The position numbers and the translations under genes were made by a program. The notes beneath the pieces were generated by a model. That model saw only the letters and a list, made by a program, of their open reading frames with translations. It made no database searches and was not told where the DNA came from. This document shows positions 57,028-57,336 of a DNA stretch of 57,336 bases, piece after piece. The DNA is from Methanobacteriota archaeon (GTDB lineage Archaea > Thermoplasmatota > Poseidoniia > Poseidoniales > Thalassarchaeaceae), in the NCBI GenBank assembly GCA_002698225.1, contig NZWD01000040.1:1-57336 (forward strand). The letters are read 5' to 3'. Every line of letters begins with the position of its first letter. Positions within the stretch are counted from its first letter, which is position 1.

Positions 57028-57336
57028 CTACTCAAGGGGAACCCAAGTCCCAGAAGCGACATCGAAGGTCAGGATGCTACCGTCTGGATTCTGTGCATAC
57101 ACAGTCCCGGTGTCGTCAATCCAGACGAGTTGTCCTTGCTCATTCAACTTGGCATCAGGAGGGGGGTTGGGCCTCTGAAGATCCGACTCTAGTTCATCTA
57201 GGAATTGGCTAGTGTCCATCTCCTGCTCGATTATTGGTGCAGGTTCTATTACAGCCTCTGATTGCACTTCGGGTTGATTAGACAAAACTCCACTCTGGTT
57301 CTGTTCCGGGGCATATATGCTCTCGGAATCTCCCTT
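57028..57336 (-). CDS. C-terminal part of a hypothetical protein (partial, runs off the window)
   Basis: Frame open to the window end (KGDSESIYAPEQNQSGVLSNQ...); acidic/Pro linker then LVWIDDTG..YAQNPDGS..FDVASGTWVPLE. Confidence 0.65.
   Translation of the reverse strand, partial: KGDSESIYAPEQNQSGVLSNQPEVQSEAVIEPAPIIEQEMDTSQFLDELESDLQRPNPPPDAKLNEQGQLVWIDDTGTVYAQNPDGSILTFDVASGTWVPLE

Noticed and set aside
1..57336. CRISPR array, IS element or prophage
   Set aside because: No regularly spaced repeats, transposase, integrase or virion genes found by eye; short degenerate repeats could have been missed.

Overview
Gene-dense archaeal chromosomal segment with no mobile element or CRISPR array visible. 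It mixes archaeal information-processing genes (rpl37e, rpl44e-rps27e-aIF2alpha-nop10-PAC2, rpl40e, TyrRS, AspRS, LonB, TrmI, a SAMP/ThiS-like protein) with many bacterial-type catabolic genes and large membrane-anchored surface proteins. This mix points to Marine Group II Euryarchaeota (Poseidoniales); the assignment is an inference. The window holds about 50 CDS and three tRNAs (Val-TAC, Ser-CGA, Val-CAC). Main highlights: (1) a TPP riboswitch whose P4 strand contains the Shine-Dalgarno of a Na+/solute symporter, rare in archaea; (2) a tightly coupled cluster of formyltransferase, SDR, luciferase-like monooxygenase, variant class-3 asparaginase, ALDH8-type dehydrogenase with a Cys4 N-terminal tag and FabH, whose pathway is unexplained; (3) a Cas4/AddB-like Fe-S nuclease fused to two RPA-type OB folds; (4) a bacterial-type class II CCA-adding enzyme; (5) a minimal SerK-like kinase; (6) a GcvH-like protein lacking the lipoyl lysine; (7) a Pit-DUF47 fusion divergent from an AbrB-PhoU regulator; (8) Pro/Trp-rich C-terminal tail modules. 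All family calls come from motif recognition by eye; no database search was run.
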